A stretch of 64,000 nt of DNA from Burkholderiales bacterium (GTDB lineage Bacteria; Pseudomonadota; Gammaproteobacteria; Burkholderiales; SG8-41). How positions within the stretch are numbered: the stretch's first letter is position 1; each line of letters starts with the position of its first letter. Below are positions 49,252-58,519 of this stretch, in pieces. Location of the stretch: contig JBBQAO010000011.1 of assembly GCA_038316355.1 (NCBI GenBank), positions 858 through 64,857 of the forward strand, written 5' to 3'. The translations under genes and the position numbers were made by a program. The notes under the pieces were generated by a model. That model made no database searches and was not told the DNA's origin. It was given only the letters and a program-made list of their open reading frames with translations.

Positions 49252-50060
49252 ACGACTTGTCCAACGTCATTGAAATCACCACCGCCACCCATCCGGGCAT
49301 GGTGCGGTCGCATAACGAGGACAGCATTTCCGCCGACGCCGCGACCGGTCTCGCGGTGCTGGCTGACGGCATGGGCGGTTACAATGCCGGCGAGGTGGCC
49401 AGCGGCATTGCGGTGGCAATGATCAGCGCGGAGCTGAAAAAAGCGCTGGCGGCGGCCAACGGCGAACTCGATGCGGCGGCCGTGGAACGCCTGGTCGGCG
49501 AACATGCGGTGCGCGCCAACAATGCGATTTTTCAGGCTGCGCAAAATCAGGCGCAATACGCCGGCATGGGCACCACGCTGGTTGTTGCGCTGTGGCATGA
49601 CAACTCGCTGGTGGTCGGGCACATCGGCGATTCACGGTTGTACCGGTTTCGTGACAACAAGCTTGAGCAGGTCACGCGCGACCACTCGCTGCTGCAGGAA
49701 CAGATCGACAGCGGCTTGATTACCAAGGCGCAGGCCCGCCATTCGCAGAACAAGAATCTGGTGACGCGGGCGGTGGGCATTGATCCGGAAGTCGAGACCG
49801 AAGTCCACAGCTACCCGGTTCAGGCCGGCGATATCTACCTGCTGTGTTCGGACGGGCTCAACGACATGGTGACGGATGAGGACATGGAGTTGACGCTGGC
49901 GTCGCTGCAGGCCAATCTGCCCCTGGCCGCAGCGCAACTGGTGCAGCAGGCGAACGACAATGGCGGGCGTGACAATGTTTCGGTTATTCTGGCGCGTGTG
50001 CTGAAGAGTTTTCCGGCGCGCTCCGGGTTGGTCGACCGGTTGAAGTCCTGGTTCAGATAA
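49248..50060 (+). CDS. PP2C-family Ser/Thr protein phosphatase
   Basis: HPGMVRSHNEDS, LADGMGG, and LLCSDGLNDMV..DNGGRDNVSVILARV. Start overlaps the kinase stop (ATGA). Confidence 0.9.
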   Translation: MNDLSNVIEITTATHPGMVRSHNEDSISADAATGLAVLADGMGGYNAGEVASGIAVAMISAELKKALAAANGELDAAAVERLVGEHAVRANNAIFQAAQNQAQYAGMGTTLVVALWHDNSLVVGHIGDSRLYRFRDNKLEQVTRDHSLLQEQIDSGLITKAQARHSQNKNLVTRAVGIDPEVETEVHSYPVQAGDIYLLCSDGLNDMVTDEDMELTLASLQANLPLAAAQLVQQANDNGGRDNVSVILARVLKSFPARSGLVDRLKSWFR

Positions 50061-50077
50061 GCAACGGGGATACTACT

Positions 50078-50875
50078 ATGGCGAAGTTGATACTTTCTCT
50101 TGAAGGCTCGATGATCCGCGAGGTTGCGCTCGACAAGGAGCGGATCATGATCGGCCGCAAGCCTTCCAACGAGATCCAGATCGAGAATCTGGCGGTCAGC
50201 GGCGAGCACGCCTGCATTGTGACCATCCTCAACGATTCGTTTCTTGAGGACATGGGTTCGACCAACGGCACCCTGGTCAACGGCAATCCGATCAAGAAGC
50301 ACATTCTGCAGAACAACGATGTGATCGAGATCGGCAAATACAAGCTGAAATACGTTGCAGAGGCGCCGGCGGCAGGCCATGGCAACGAGGATTTCGAGAA
50401 AACGATGATATTGCGCGCCCCGTCCAAGGCGGCGGCTGCGGCGCCCAAGCCGGCCAATGAACCTGCGCCGCCGCCGAAACCCTCGACTCCGCCGCCCACG
50501 CCGCGGTCGGTGCCGCCGCCGGCCAAACCTGCTGAACCCGCACCCGCATCCGCATCCGTACCCGCACCTGCGCCGGCCGCGGTTGCGCCAGCCAAGCCCG
50601 CCGATGCACAGCCCCTCGCTGCGGTGCAGATCCTGAGCGGCCCCAGCGCGGGCAAAGAGCTCGACCTCGTCAAGAACCTGACCACGCTGGGCAAACCCGG
50701 CCTCCAGGTGGCGGTGATTACGCGCCGTCCGCAGGGTTATTTCATCACCCATGTTGAAGGCGCAAAGTTCCCGATCATCAACGGCAAGATGATTGATGCC
50801 CAGGCGCAGCCCCTGCAGGATCATGACGTGATTGAGCTGGCTGGCGTGAAAATGGAATTTTTTGTAAAGCAATAA
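50078..50875 (+). CDS. FHA-domain protein (N-terminal FHA, Pro/Ala-rich linker, second FHA-like C-terminal domain)
   Basis: IMIGRKPSNEIQIENLAVSGEHACI...DMGSTNGTLVNG...L.NNDVIEIG. The C-terminus has LTTLGKPG....HDVIELAGVKMEF. Confidence 0.85.
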   Translation: MAKLILSLEGSMIREVALDKERIMIGRKPSNEIQIENLAVSGEHACIVTILNDSFLEDMGSTNGTLVNGNPIKKHILQNNDVIEIGKYKLKYVAEAPAAGHGNEDFEKTMILRAPSKAAAAAPKPANEPAPPPKPSTPPPTPRSVPPPAKPAEPAPASASVPAPAPAAVAPAKPADAQPLAAVQILSGPSAGKELDLVKNLTTLGKPGLQVAVITRRPQGYFITHVEGAKFPIINGKMIDAQAQPLQDHDVIELAGVKMEFFVKQ

Positions 50876-51003
50876 AAAGATCGCGCGGTGCGTTTTTGTG
50901 AAATGCGCGCTGCGCGACAGACAGCATGGGGGCCGGGCGGATCTGCGGCGCGCCCGGACGATGTGATGGCCCTGTTACGGCAGGGCTGCTTTAGGACGAC
51001 AGG

Positions 51004-53235
51004 GTGAAAAAACATCTGGCGCGCATAGCGATAGGCATGGCGATTGTCGCTTTGTTTCTCGCCCATGCAGTACATGTCTTGCGGGTTCCGCTGCTCGACA
51101 ATCTCGAGGCCATTGTTTACGACACGCGGCTGCGTTTGACGATGCCGCGCACCGTCGATCCGCGCGTGGTCATTCTCGACATCGACGAAAAAAGCCTGCA
51201 GGAAAAGGAAAAAGGCGGCGAAGGCCGCTGGCCATGGCCGCGCGACCGGCTGGCATTGCTGCTCGACAAGCTGTTCGACAAGTACGGCATCGCCGTCGTC
51301 GGCTTCGACGTGGTGTTTGCCGAGCGCGATGAGTCTTCGGGCATCCGTGTGCTCGAGCGGCTGGGGCAGCGCGAGCTGAAGGGGGTGCCGCAATTCCAGT
51401 CCGTGCTGGACCAGGTGCGGCCGCAGCTCGAATACGACGACATCTTCGCACGCAAAATGAAGGGTCGCGCGGTGGTGCTGGGGCATGTGTTCCTCAGCGA
51501 CGATCCGGCCAATGCCACCAAAAAGGGGATGTTGCCGCCACCGGTGCTGCCGGCCGGCGCTTTTGGCGCGCGCAAGGTCGGCGTCACCTCGTGGTCCGGC
51601 TATACCGCAAACCTGGAACGGCTGCAGCGCGCAGCAAGCAGTTCGGGACACATCAATCCGCTGCCGGATCAGGATGGCATTACCCGGCGCGTACCGATAC
51701 TGGTCGAACATGCCGGCGCCTATTACGAGCCGCTGTCGCTGGCAATGGTGCGGGCGGTGCATGGCCAGCCGCCGGTGGTGCCGGTGGTCAATCAGGACAG
51801 TGGCGATTACAGCGGTCTGGAATGGATCAAGACCGGGCCGTTTGAAATCCCGGTCGATTTTCAGGCGGCGGCGCTGGTGCCTTATCGTGGCGCCAAGGGC
51901 AGCTACCGGTATTACTCGCTGGTCGATGTGCTGAACGAGCGCGTTCCTGTCGAAGAACTCCGCGGCAAAATCGCGCTGATCGGCACCACGGCGCCAGGCC
52001 TGCTGGACCTGCGGGCGACACCGGTGGATCCGGTGTATCCCGGGGTGGAGATCCACGCCAACCTGATCAGCGGCATACTCGACGGCAACATCAAGCAGCG
52101 TCCGCCCTATGTGGTCGGCGCCGAGTTTGTGCTGCTGCTGCTGTCCGGCGTGGTGCTGACGCTGCTGTTGCCGCGGCTGACACCGTTCAAATCGATGCTG
52201 GTGACGGCGCTTGCGCTGGTGGCGGTGGTTGTCGCCAATCTGGTGGTGTTCCATACCGGGCATCTGGTGCTGCCACTGGCTTCCGGACTGCTGCTGGTGT
52301 TGATCCTGTTTACCTTCAACATGGCCTACGGCTTCCTGGTCGAGGCGCGCGGCACACGATTGATCACCGGGCTGTTCGGGCAATATGTGCCGCCCGAACT
52401 GGTCGAACAGATGGCGCTCAACCCCGAGCAATTCAACATGGCACCGCGCGCCGAAGATCTCACGGTGCTGTTTTCCGACGTGCGCGGGTTCACCACGATT
52501 TCGGAGAGCCTCTCGCCCGAGGACCTGTCGGTATATATCAATGATTACCTGACTACGATGAGCATGGTGATCCGCGAAGGACATCGCGGCACGCTGGACA
52601 AGTACATCGGCGACGCGATCATGGCTTTCTGGGGCGCCCCGATGGCGGATCTGAACCATGCTCAGAACGCCGTGCTGGCCGCGCTCGACATGATGAAACA
52701 GGCAGTGGTGCTCAACAAAAAATTCAGTGAAAAAGGCTGGCCGCCGTTTGCGATCGGCATCGGCGTCAACTCCGGTGTGATGCGCGTCGGCGACATGGGT
52801 TCGAAGATCCGCAAGGCCTATACCGTGATGGGCGACGCGGTTAATCTGGGCTCCCGGCTGGAAGGCATTACCAAGCAGTATGGGGTCGACATCATCATCG
52901 GTGAACCCACCAAACAGCGTATCACCGGCATCGTGCTGCGTGAAATCGACCTGGTGCAGGTCAAGGGCAAGGATCATCCGGTGGCGATCTACGAGCCGTT
53001 CGGGTTGGAAGGCGAAGTTGAACAAAGCCGGCTCAATGAAATCAAACTCTGGAACCAGGCGCTGCGGTTTTATCGCGCCCAGGAATGGGACAAAGCGGAG
53101 TTGCAACTCATCAATCTCAAGAAAGTTTCAGTGAAGCCCTACCTCTACGACGTGTTTCTGGAGCGTATCGCCGGGTACCGTGCCAATCCGCCGGATTCCG
53201 CATGGAACGGCGTGCACAAGTTTGATACCAAGTAA
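51004..53235 (+). CDS. CHASE2-sensor class III nucleotide cyclase (adenylate-cyclase-like)
   Basis: CHASE2 (VVILDIDEKSL....GRWPWPRDRLA), a TM block, and cyclase motifs LTVLFSDVRGFTTISE, LDKYIGDAIMAFWGAP, YTVMGDAVNLGSRLEG. GTG start. Confidence 0.9.
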   Translation: MKKHLARIAIGMAIVALFLAHAVHVLRVPLLDNLEAIVYDTRLRLTMPRTVDPRVVILDIDEKSLQEKEKGGEGRWPWPRDRLALLLDKLFDKYGIAVVGFDVVFAERDESSGIRVLERLGQRELKGVPQFQSVLDQVRPQLEYDDIFARKMKGRAVVLGHVFLSDDPANATKKGMLPPPVLPAGAFGARKVGVTSWSGYTANLERLQRAASSSGHINPLPDQDGITRRVPILVEHAGAYYEPLSLAMVRAVHGQPPVVPVVNQDSGDYSGLEWIKTGPFEIPVDFQAAALVPYRGAKGSYRYYSLVDVLNERVPVEELRGKIALIGTTAPGLLDLRATPVDPVYPGVEIHANLISGILDGNIKQRPPYVVGAEFVLLLLSGVVLTLLLPRLTPFKSMLVTALALVAVVVANLVVFHTGHLVLPLASGLLLVLILFTFNMAYGFLVEARGTRLITGLFGQYVPPELVEQMALNPEQFNMAPRAEDLTVLFSDVRGFTTISESLSPEDLSVYINDYLTTMSMVIREGHRGTLDKYIGDAIMAFWGAPMADLNHAQNAVLAALDMMKQAVVLNKKFSEKGWPPFAIGIGVNSGVMRVGDMGSKIRKAYTVMGDAVNLGSRLEGITKQYGVDIIIGEPTKQRITGIVLREIDLVQVKGKDHPVAIYEPFGLEGEVEQSRLNEIKLWNQALRFYRAQEWDKAELQLINLKKVSVKPYLYDVFLERIAGYRANPPDSAWNGVHKFDTK

Positions 53236-54002
53236 TGAGGCTGCGCATCCTCGGCTGCAGCGGCGGCATCGGCGGCAACCTGCGCACCACCTCGATGCTG
53301 CTCGACGACGATGTGCTGATTGATGCCGGGACCGGCGTCGGCGATCTGTCGCTGCAGCAACTGGCGGACATCGACCATATTTTCCTGACGCACTCCCATC
53401 TGGATCATGTGACCTCAATCCCGTTCCTGCTCGACACCGTCGGCTGGCAGCGCAGCAAACCGGTCACGCTGTATGCGATAGAGGAGACGCTCGACATCCT
53501 CAGCGAGCACCTGTTCAACTGGAAGCTGTGGCCCGATTTCCGGCAGATTCCGCACGCGCAGTCGCCAGTGCTGCGTTATGCCCCGGTCCGGGTGGGGGTG
53601 CCGGTGCGTCTTACCGGCGGGCGGACCATCACACCGGTGGCGGCGAACCACGTGGTGCCTGCCGTGGGTTTTCACCTGGATTCCGGTGCCGCCAGCCTGG
53701 TCTTTACCGGAGACACCACCAGCCAGGACGAATCCTGGAAATATATTAATAAAATCAATAATTTAAAGCACATCATCATCGAGTCGGCGTTGTCGGATGC
53801 GGAGCGCGAACTTGCGGTAATCTCCAAGCATCTCTGTCCGGGCCTGCTGGCGGAGGAACTGGCCAAACTGCAGTTGGACCCGGCCATTTATGTGACACAC
53901 TTCAAACCACGGGAAGCGGAGCTGATCATGGAGCAGATCGTGGCCCGGGTGCCCGGGCGACGGTTGCGCATGCTGGAGCAGAATCAGGTTTTTGAATTCT
54001 GA
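53235..54002 (+). CDS. Class II 3',5'-cyclic-nucleotide phosphodiesterase (MBL fold)
   Basis: MRLRILGCSGGIG....TSMLLDDDVLIDAGTG and HIFLTHSHLDHV (HxHLDH signature). Start overlaps the cyclase stop by 1 nt. Confidence 0.8.
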   Translation: MRLRILGCSGGIGGNLRTTSMLLDDDVLIDAGTGVGDLSLQQLADIDHIFLTHSHLDHVTSIPFLLDTVGWQRSKPVTLYAIEETLDILSEHLFNWKLWPDFRQIPHAQSPVLRYAPVRVGVPVRLTGGRTITPVAANHVVPAVGFHLDSGAASLVFTGDTTSQDESWKYINKINNLKHIIIESALSDAERELAVISKHLCPGLLAEELAKLQLDPAIYVTHFKPREAELIMEQIVARVPGRRLRMLEQNQVFEF

Positions 54003-54035
54003 GTCCGGCGCGGCGCTGCAGGACCCCGCGTCGGC

Positions 54036-54107
54036 ACCAGCAGCAACAGCAGCACCAGCAGCAACAGCAGTAACAGCAGTAACAGCAGTAACAGTAGCAA
54101 CAGTAGC
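54036..54107. repeat. Eight tandem 9-bp units (AMC AGY AGY), a CAG/CAA-rich microsatellite
   Basis: Read directly: accagcagc aacagcagc accagcagc aacagcagt x3 aacagtagc x2. Confidence 0.9.
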
Positions 54108-54128
54108 AACGGAAACAGAGGGGTGATC

Positions 54129-56507
54129 ATGAGTACAGTACTCCAGAGCAAGCCGGTAGCCGCCGAAAATCTGGCTGAAAAAGTAAACTTTCAGCAGAAG
54201 CTGCAGGTCGTTACCAACAAGATCCATGCGACCAAGAACATCGACGAGATCATTCTCGAGATGTCGCAGGAACTCTGCACCCTGTTCAATGCCGACCGCC
54301 TGACCATTTATCTGCTCAGCGAGGACAAGGGCTCAATCATTTCCAAGGTCAAGACCGGGCTGACTTCGTTCAAGGACATCAAGCTCCCGATCAACGAGCA
54401 GTCCATCGCCGGCTTCGTCGCCACCAACAAGCGTGTGGTCAACATCCGTGACGTCTATGACGATGCGGAGCTCAAATCCTACAGCGCGCAGCTGAATTTC
54501 CTCAAAGCGGTCGATGCCAAGACCGGGTACCGCACCAAGCAGATGCTGGTGGCCCCGGTGCTGGATGCCAAAGCCAAGGACCTGATCGGCGTGGTCCAGA
54601 TCATCAACAACAAGGGCGGGCAGCCGTTTCCGCCGATGATGGAAGAGGGTGTGTTGTCGCTGACCGAGACGCTGGCCATTGCCTTCCGCCAGCGCCAGGG
54701 TCCGATGATGCAGGTGCGCAGCAAGTACGACGGGCTTGTCACCAACGCGGTGATTTCGGGTGAAGAACTCGAACTCGCCCAGCGTTCGGCGCGGCGCAAG
54801 AACCTCGACGTCGAAATCGTGCTGAAGGACGAGTTCCAGGTCAAGCTGCCGGCGCTGGGTGATGCGCTGGGAAGCTATTTCGGCGTGCCCTACGAGCCGT
54901 TCAAACAGGATCGCATCAAGCCGCCGGATCTGATGAAAAACATGAACCGCGAGTTCTGTCAGACCAATCAGTGGATGCCGCTGGACGAAACCAAAGACGG
55001 CATTGTCGTGATGACCACCGACCCGGAGCGGGTCAAGGCATCACGCATGGTCAGCAATGTGTTTCCGAAGAGCAAGATTGTCTTCCGGGTCACCACCAAC
55101 AGCGAGTTTGTAAGCACGCTGGACCAGATGTTTGGCGCGAGCAGCGGGCTTGAGGATTCCGGCAACATCGAGGACATGCTCGGCACGCTGGATGACGATG
55201 CCGAAGGCGAAGGCACCGGTGGTGATGATGTGGCCTCTGCCGCGGCCGACAACGAGCTGGTCAAACTCGTCAACAAGATCATCATCGATGCTTACCAGAT
55301 GGGCGCTTCGGACATCCACATCGAACCTTATCCCGGCAAGGCGAAAACCGAAATCCGCTTTCGTCGTGACGGCACGCTGCAGCCGTACATCCAGATTCCG
55401 GCAAGTTACCGCAGTGCGCTCGCCGCGCGGCTGAAAATCATGTGCGACCTGGATATTTCGGAGCGCCGTCGTCCGCAGGACGGCAAGATCAAATTCAAGA
55501 AATACGGGCCGCTGGACATCGAATTGCGGGTGGCGACCATCCCGTCCGCCGGTGGCGTCGAAGACATCGTGATGCGGATACTGGCGGCGGGGGAGCCGAT
55601 CCAGCTGGATAAGCTCGGCCTGACCAAATACAACCTCGAGACGCTGAAGGAGGTCGTGTCCAAGCCGTACGGCCTGTTCTTTGTCTGTGGCCCGACCGGC
55701 TCCGGCAAGACGACAACGCTGCACTCGGTGCTGGGTTACCTGAATACTTCGGACACCAAAATCTGGACCGCGGAAGACCCGGTCGAGATTACGCAAAAAG
55801 GCCTGCGCCAGGTGCAGATGAACCCCAAGGCGGGGATGACCTTTGCGGTGGCAATGAAGGCCTTCCTGCGCGCTGACCCGGACATCATCATGGTCGGCGA
55901 GATGCGCGACAAGGAAACCGCCGGCACCGGTATTGAGGCTTCGCTGACGGGTCACCTGGTGTTCGCCACACTGCATACCAACAGTGCGCCGGAATCGATC
56001 ATCCGCCTGCTCGACATGGGTATGGATCCGTTCAACTTTGCCGATGCGCTGTTGGGCATTCTGGCGCAGCGTCTGGCCAAGCGACTGTGCGGCAAGTGCA
56101 AGAAACCGCACAATGCGACTGCCGAGGAGATTCAGGCGCTGATGGTCGAGTATGCGATGGAACTGAAAAACACCGAGACCTGGAAAAAGGATCCCAAGGC
56201 GGCCGAAGCCAAACTGCTGGAAGACTGGATTGCCAATTATGGCGGCGAGAGCGGCAAGCTGGTGATTCACGACCCGGTGGGTTGCGAAACCTGCGGCGGC
56301 AGTGGTTACAAGGGGCGGGTGGGTCTGCACGAGCTGCTGGTGGGCACCGACGCGCTGAAAAAGAACATCCAGGAACATGCGCGCGTTGCGGAAATGGTGG
56401 CGACCGCACTGGAATACGGCATGCGTACCCTGAAGCAGGACGGTATCGAGAAAGTGCTGATGGGCATCACCGACATGAAGCAGGTCCGCGCTGTCTGTAT
56501 CAAATAG
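54129..56507 (+). CDS. PilB/GspE-family secretion/pilus ATPase with N-terminal GAF domain
   Basis: GAF-like residues ~25-190 (DEIILEMSQELCTLFNADRLTIYLL...SIAGFVA...GYRTKQMLVAPV..LIGVVQIINN), a T2SSE_N-like region, Walker A GPTGSGKTTTL, the Asp box and Walker B region (DPDIIMVGEMRD), the His box (TGHLVFATLHTN), and tetracysteine CGKCKK...CETCGGSGYKGR. GAGGGG Shine-Dalgarno before the ATG at 54129. Confidence 0.9.
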   Translation: MSTVLQSKPVAAENLAEKVNFQQKLQVVTNKIHATKNIDEIILEMSQELCTLFNADRLTIYLLSEDKGSIISKVKTGLTSFKDIKLPINEQSIAGFVATNKRVVNIRDVYDDAELKSYSAQLNFLKAVDAKTGYRTKQMLVAPVLDAKAKDLIGVVQIINNKGGQPFPPMMEEGVLSLTETLAIAFRQRQGPMMQVRSKYDGLVTNAVISGEELELAQRSARRKNLDVEIVLKDEFQVKLPALGDALGSYFGVPYEPFKQDRIKPPDLMKNMNREFCQTNQWMPLDETKDGIVVMTTDPERVKASRMVSNVFPKSKIVFRVTTNSEFVSTLDQMFGASSGLEDSGNIEDMLGTLDDDAEGEGTGGDDVASAAADNELVKLVNKIIIDAYQMGASDIHIEPYPGKAKTEIRFRRDGTLQPYIQIPASYRSALAARLKIMCDLDISERRRPQDGKIKFKKYGPLDIELRVATIPSAGGVEDIVMRILAAGEPIQLDKLGLTKYNLETLKEVVSKPYGLFFVCGPTGSGKTTTLHSVLGYLNTSDTKIWTAEDPVEITQKGLRQVQMNPKAGMTFAVAMKAFLRADPDIIMVGEMRDKETAGTGIEASLTGHLVFATLHTNSAPESIIRLLDMGMDPFNFADALLGILAQRLAKRLCGKCKKPHNATAEEIQALMVEYAMELKNTETWKKDPKAAEAKLLEDWIANYGGESGKLVIHDPVGCETCGGSGYKGRVGLHELLVGTDALKKNIQEHARVAEMVATALEYGMRTLKQDGIEKVLMGITDMKQVRAVCIK

Positions 56508-56532
56508 CATAGCCCCCTTCGTCCCGACCCCC

Positions 56533-58152
56533 ATGAATCAACCGGAACTTTTGCCGGCGGCGACCGAACTGGCCCACCGGCTCGGCGAGCTGCTGCGCAT
56601 CGGTGTCGCGTTGTCCCGCGAGCGCGACATCAACCGCCTGCTCGAGGCCATCCTGATTGCGGCGAAGGACATCACCAACGCCGATGGCGGCACCCTCTAC
56701 CGGATGACCGATGAGAAGTCACTGCGCTTCGAGATCATGCGCAATGACACGCTGGGCATTGCCATGGGCGGCACCAGCGGCGTGGATATCCCGTTTTATC
56801 CGGTCAACCTGTTCGGCAAGGATGGCGGCGCCAACAACAGCATGGTTGCCACCTATGCCGTGCACCACGACTGTTCGGTAAACGTTGCGGATGCCTACAC
56901 GGAAGCCGGATTCGATTTCTCCGGCACCAAGAATTTCGATAAGAAAACCGGTTACCGGTCAACGTCATTCCTCACCGTGCCGATGAAGAATCACGAGAAT
57001 GAAATCATCGGCGTGCTGCAGTTGATCAATGCGAAGAACAGCAAAACCGGGGAGGTGGTGCCGTTCTCGCAAAACGACCAGCAACTGGCGGAGTCACTGG
57101 CTTCGCAGGCGGCGATTGCGCTGACCAACCGGCTGCTGATCAATCATCTGGAAAGCCTGTTCGAGTCCTTCATCCAGATGATCAATGCCGCGATCGACGA
57201 CAAGTCTCCGTACACCGGCGGACATTGCGAGCGGGTGCCGACGCTGACCCTGCTGCTCGCCGAGGCGGTCAACAATTGCAAGGTCGGGCCGCTCAGGGAT
57301 TTCGCCATGACCGACCGTGATCGATATGAACTGAAAATCGCCGGCCTGCTGCACGATTGCGGCAAGGTGACGACCCCCGTTCATGTGGTCGACAAGGCGA
57401 CCAAGCTGCAGACAATTTATGACCGCATCGAACTGATCGACACGCGGTTCGAGGTCATCAAGCGCGACGCCCAGTTGGCGCTGCTGACCGGCGGCGCATC
57501 GTCAACGGTGACTGAGGCCCTGCTGCGTGACATCGAGCAGGACCGCGAATTCCTGCGACGGACCAATGTCGGCGGCGAGTTCATGCGCGAGGAAGACATG
57601 GCCCGGGTCAAGGCGATCGCCACCCGCTACCGCTGGCAGCGCCCCGATGGCAGCATCGGTGATTTCCTGACGGCGGACGAAATTGAAAACCTGACCATAC
57701 GTGCCGGCACGCTGACGCCCGCCGAGCGGCAGATCATCAATCACCATATCGACGTCACCATCCAGATGCTGGAGTCATTGCCATGGCCCCGCCATCTGAA
57801 GCGGGTGCCGGAATATGCCGGCGGCCACCACGAGCGCATGGACGGCAAGGGCTACCCGCGGGGGCTGACGCGCGACCAGATGTCGGTGCAGGCGCGCTGC
57901 ATGGGTATCGCGGATATTTTTGAGGCGCTGACGGCGAAGGACAGGCCCTACAAGAAAGGCAAGACCCTGACCGAGTCATTGACCATACTCGGCAAGTTCA
58001 AGCTGAACGGGCACGTCGATCCGGATCTGTTCGACGTGTTCATGTGGGAGAAGGTCTACGAGAAATATGCCAGTGAATTCCTCGATCCTGAACAGATTGA
58101 TGCCGTGGACGTCTCGCGGATTCCGGGTTACCAGCCGCCGCCAGGCCAATAA
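56533..58152 (+). CDS. GAF-domain HD-GYP phosphohydrolase
   Basis: N-terminal GAF (LLEAILIAAKDITNADGGTLY...GYRSTSFLTVPM..IIGVLQLINA), and HD-GYP motifs LLHDCGKV and GGHHERMDGKGYPRGL. Confidence 0.9.
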   Translation: MNQPELLPAATELAHRLGELLRIGVALSRERDINRLLEAILIAAKDITNADGGTLYRMTDEKSLRFEIMRNDTLGIAMGGTSGVDIPFYPVNLFGKDGGANNSMVATYAVHHDCSVNVADAYTEAGFDFSGTKNFDKKTGYRSTSFLTVPMKNHENEIIGVLQLINAKNSKTGEVVPFSQNDQQLAESLASQAAIALTNRLLINHLESLFESFIQMINAAIDDKSPYTGGHCERVPTLTLLLAEAVNNCKVGPLRDFAMTDRDRYELKIAGLLHDCGKVTTPVHVVDKATKLQTIYDRIELIDTRFEVIKRDAQLALLTGGASSTVTEALLRDIEQDREFLRRTNVGGEFMREEDMARVKAIATRYRWQRPDGSIGDFLTADEIENLTIRAGTLTPAERQIINHHIDVTIQMLESLPWPRHLKRVPEYAGGHHERMDGKGYPRGLTRDQMSVQARCMGIADIFEALTAKDRPYKKGKTLTESLTILGKFKLNGHVDPDLFDVFMWEKVYEKYASEFLDPEQIDAVDVSRIPGYQPPPGQ

Positions 58153-58198
58153 CGCCACAACGCCACAACGCCGGATCTCGGGGTCGGGTATTGCGCGA

Positions 58199-58519
58199 TT
58201 AATCTTTTTTCGAAACCGCCACCACCAGCTTTTCGGTGACTGCTTCTATGAACCCTGCGTCGTAGCCGCGTTCCTTCATTTCCCAGCGGAAGGTATTGGC
58301 GAGGCGGGCCTTTTTGTAAATGCCGAGTTTGTGCTGCTTGCGGAATGCGGTGGCTTTTTCGAATAACTCGTCCACTTTGCGCTCCAGATTTTTCAGTGAC
58401 AGGCCGGGATTGCCTGGCACCATCTTTCCCTCGGGCGGACGAAGCTGGCTGACCTCGACTGCAAGTGCGCAGGCAAATTCATCCACTTGTTTTCCGGAAG
58501 CGGAGCCAAACAGTCCCAT
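58199..58519 (-). CDS. Hypothetical protein (106 aa, soluble, Lys-rich C-terminus)
   Basis: A clean ORF on the minus strand, divergent from the TPR genes. I recognise no family. The coding call rests only on ORF length and its position against the implausible plus-strand extension. Confidence 0.45.
   Translation of the reverse strand: MGLFGSASGKQVDEFACALAVEVSQLRPPEGKMVPGNPGLSLKNLERKVDELFEKATAFRKQHKLGIYKKARLANTFRWEMKERGYDAGFIEAVTEKLVVAVSKKD

Noticed and set aside
46688-50875. The kinase/PP2C/FHA trio as a T6SS PpkA/PppA/Fha1 post-translational switch
   Set aside because: No T6SS structural genes (tssA-M, hcp, vgrG, clpV) occur in the window. Here the trio is physically coupled to cyclase, PDE and GAF genes instead.
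54036-54107. Repeat array as a CRISPR or a coding poly-Ser/Asn gene
   Set aside because: The units are 9 bp with no spacers, so this is not CRISPR-like. No start codon precedes the open frame between the TGA at 54000 and the ATPase start, so it is not an independent gene.
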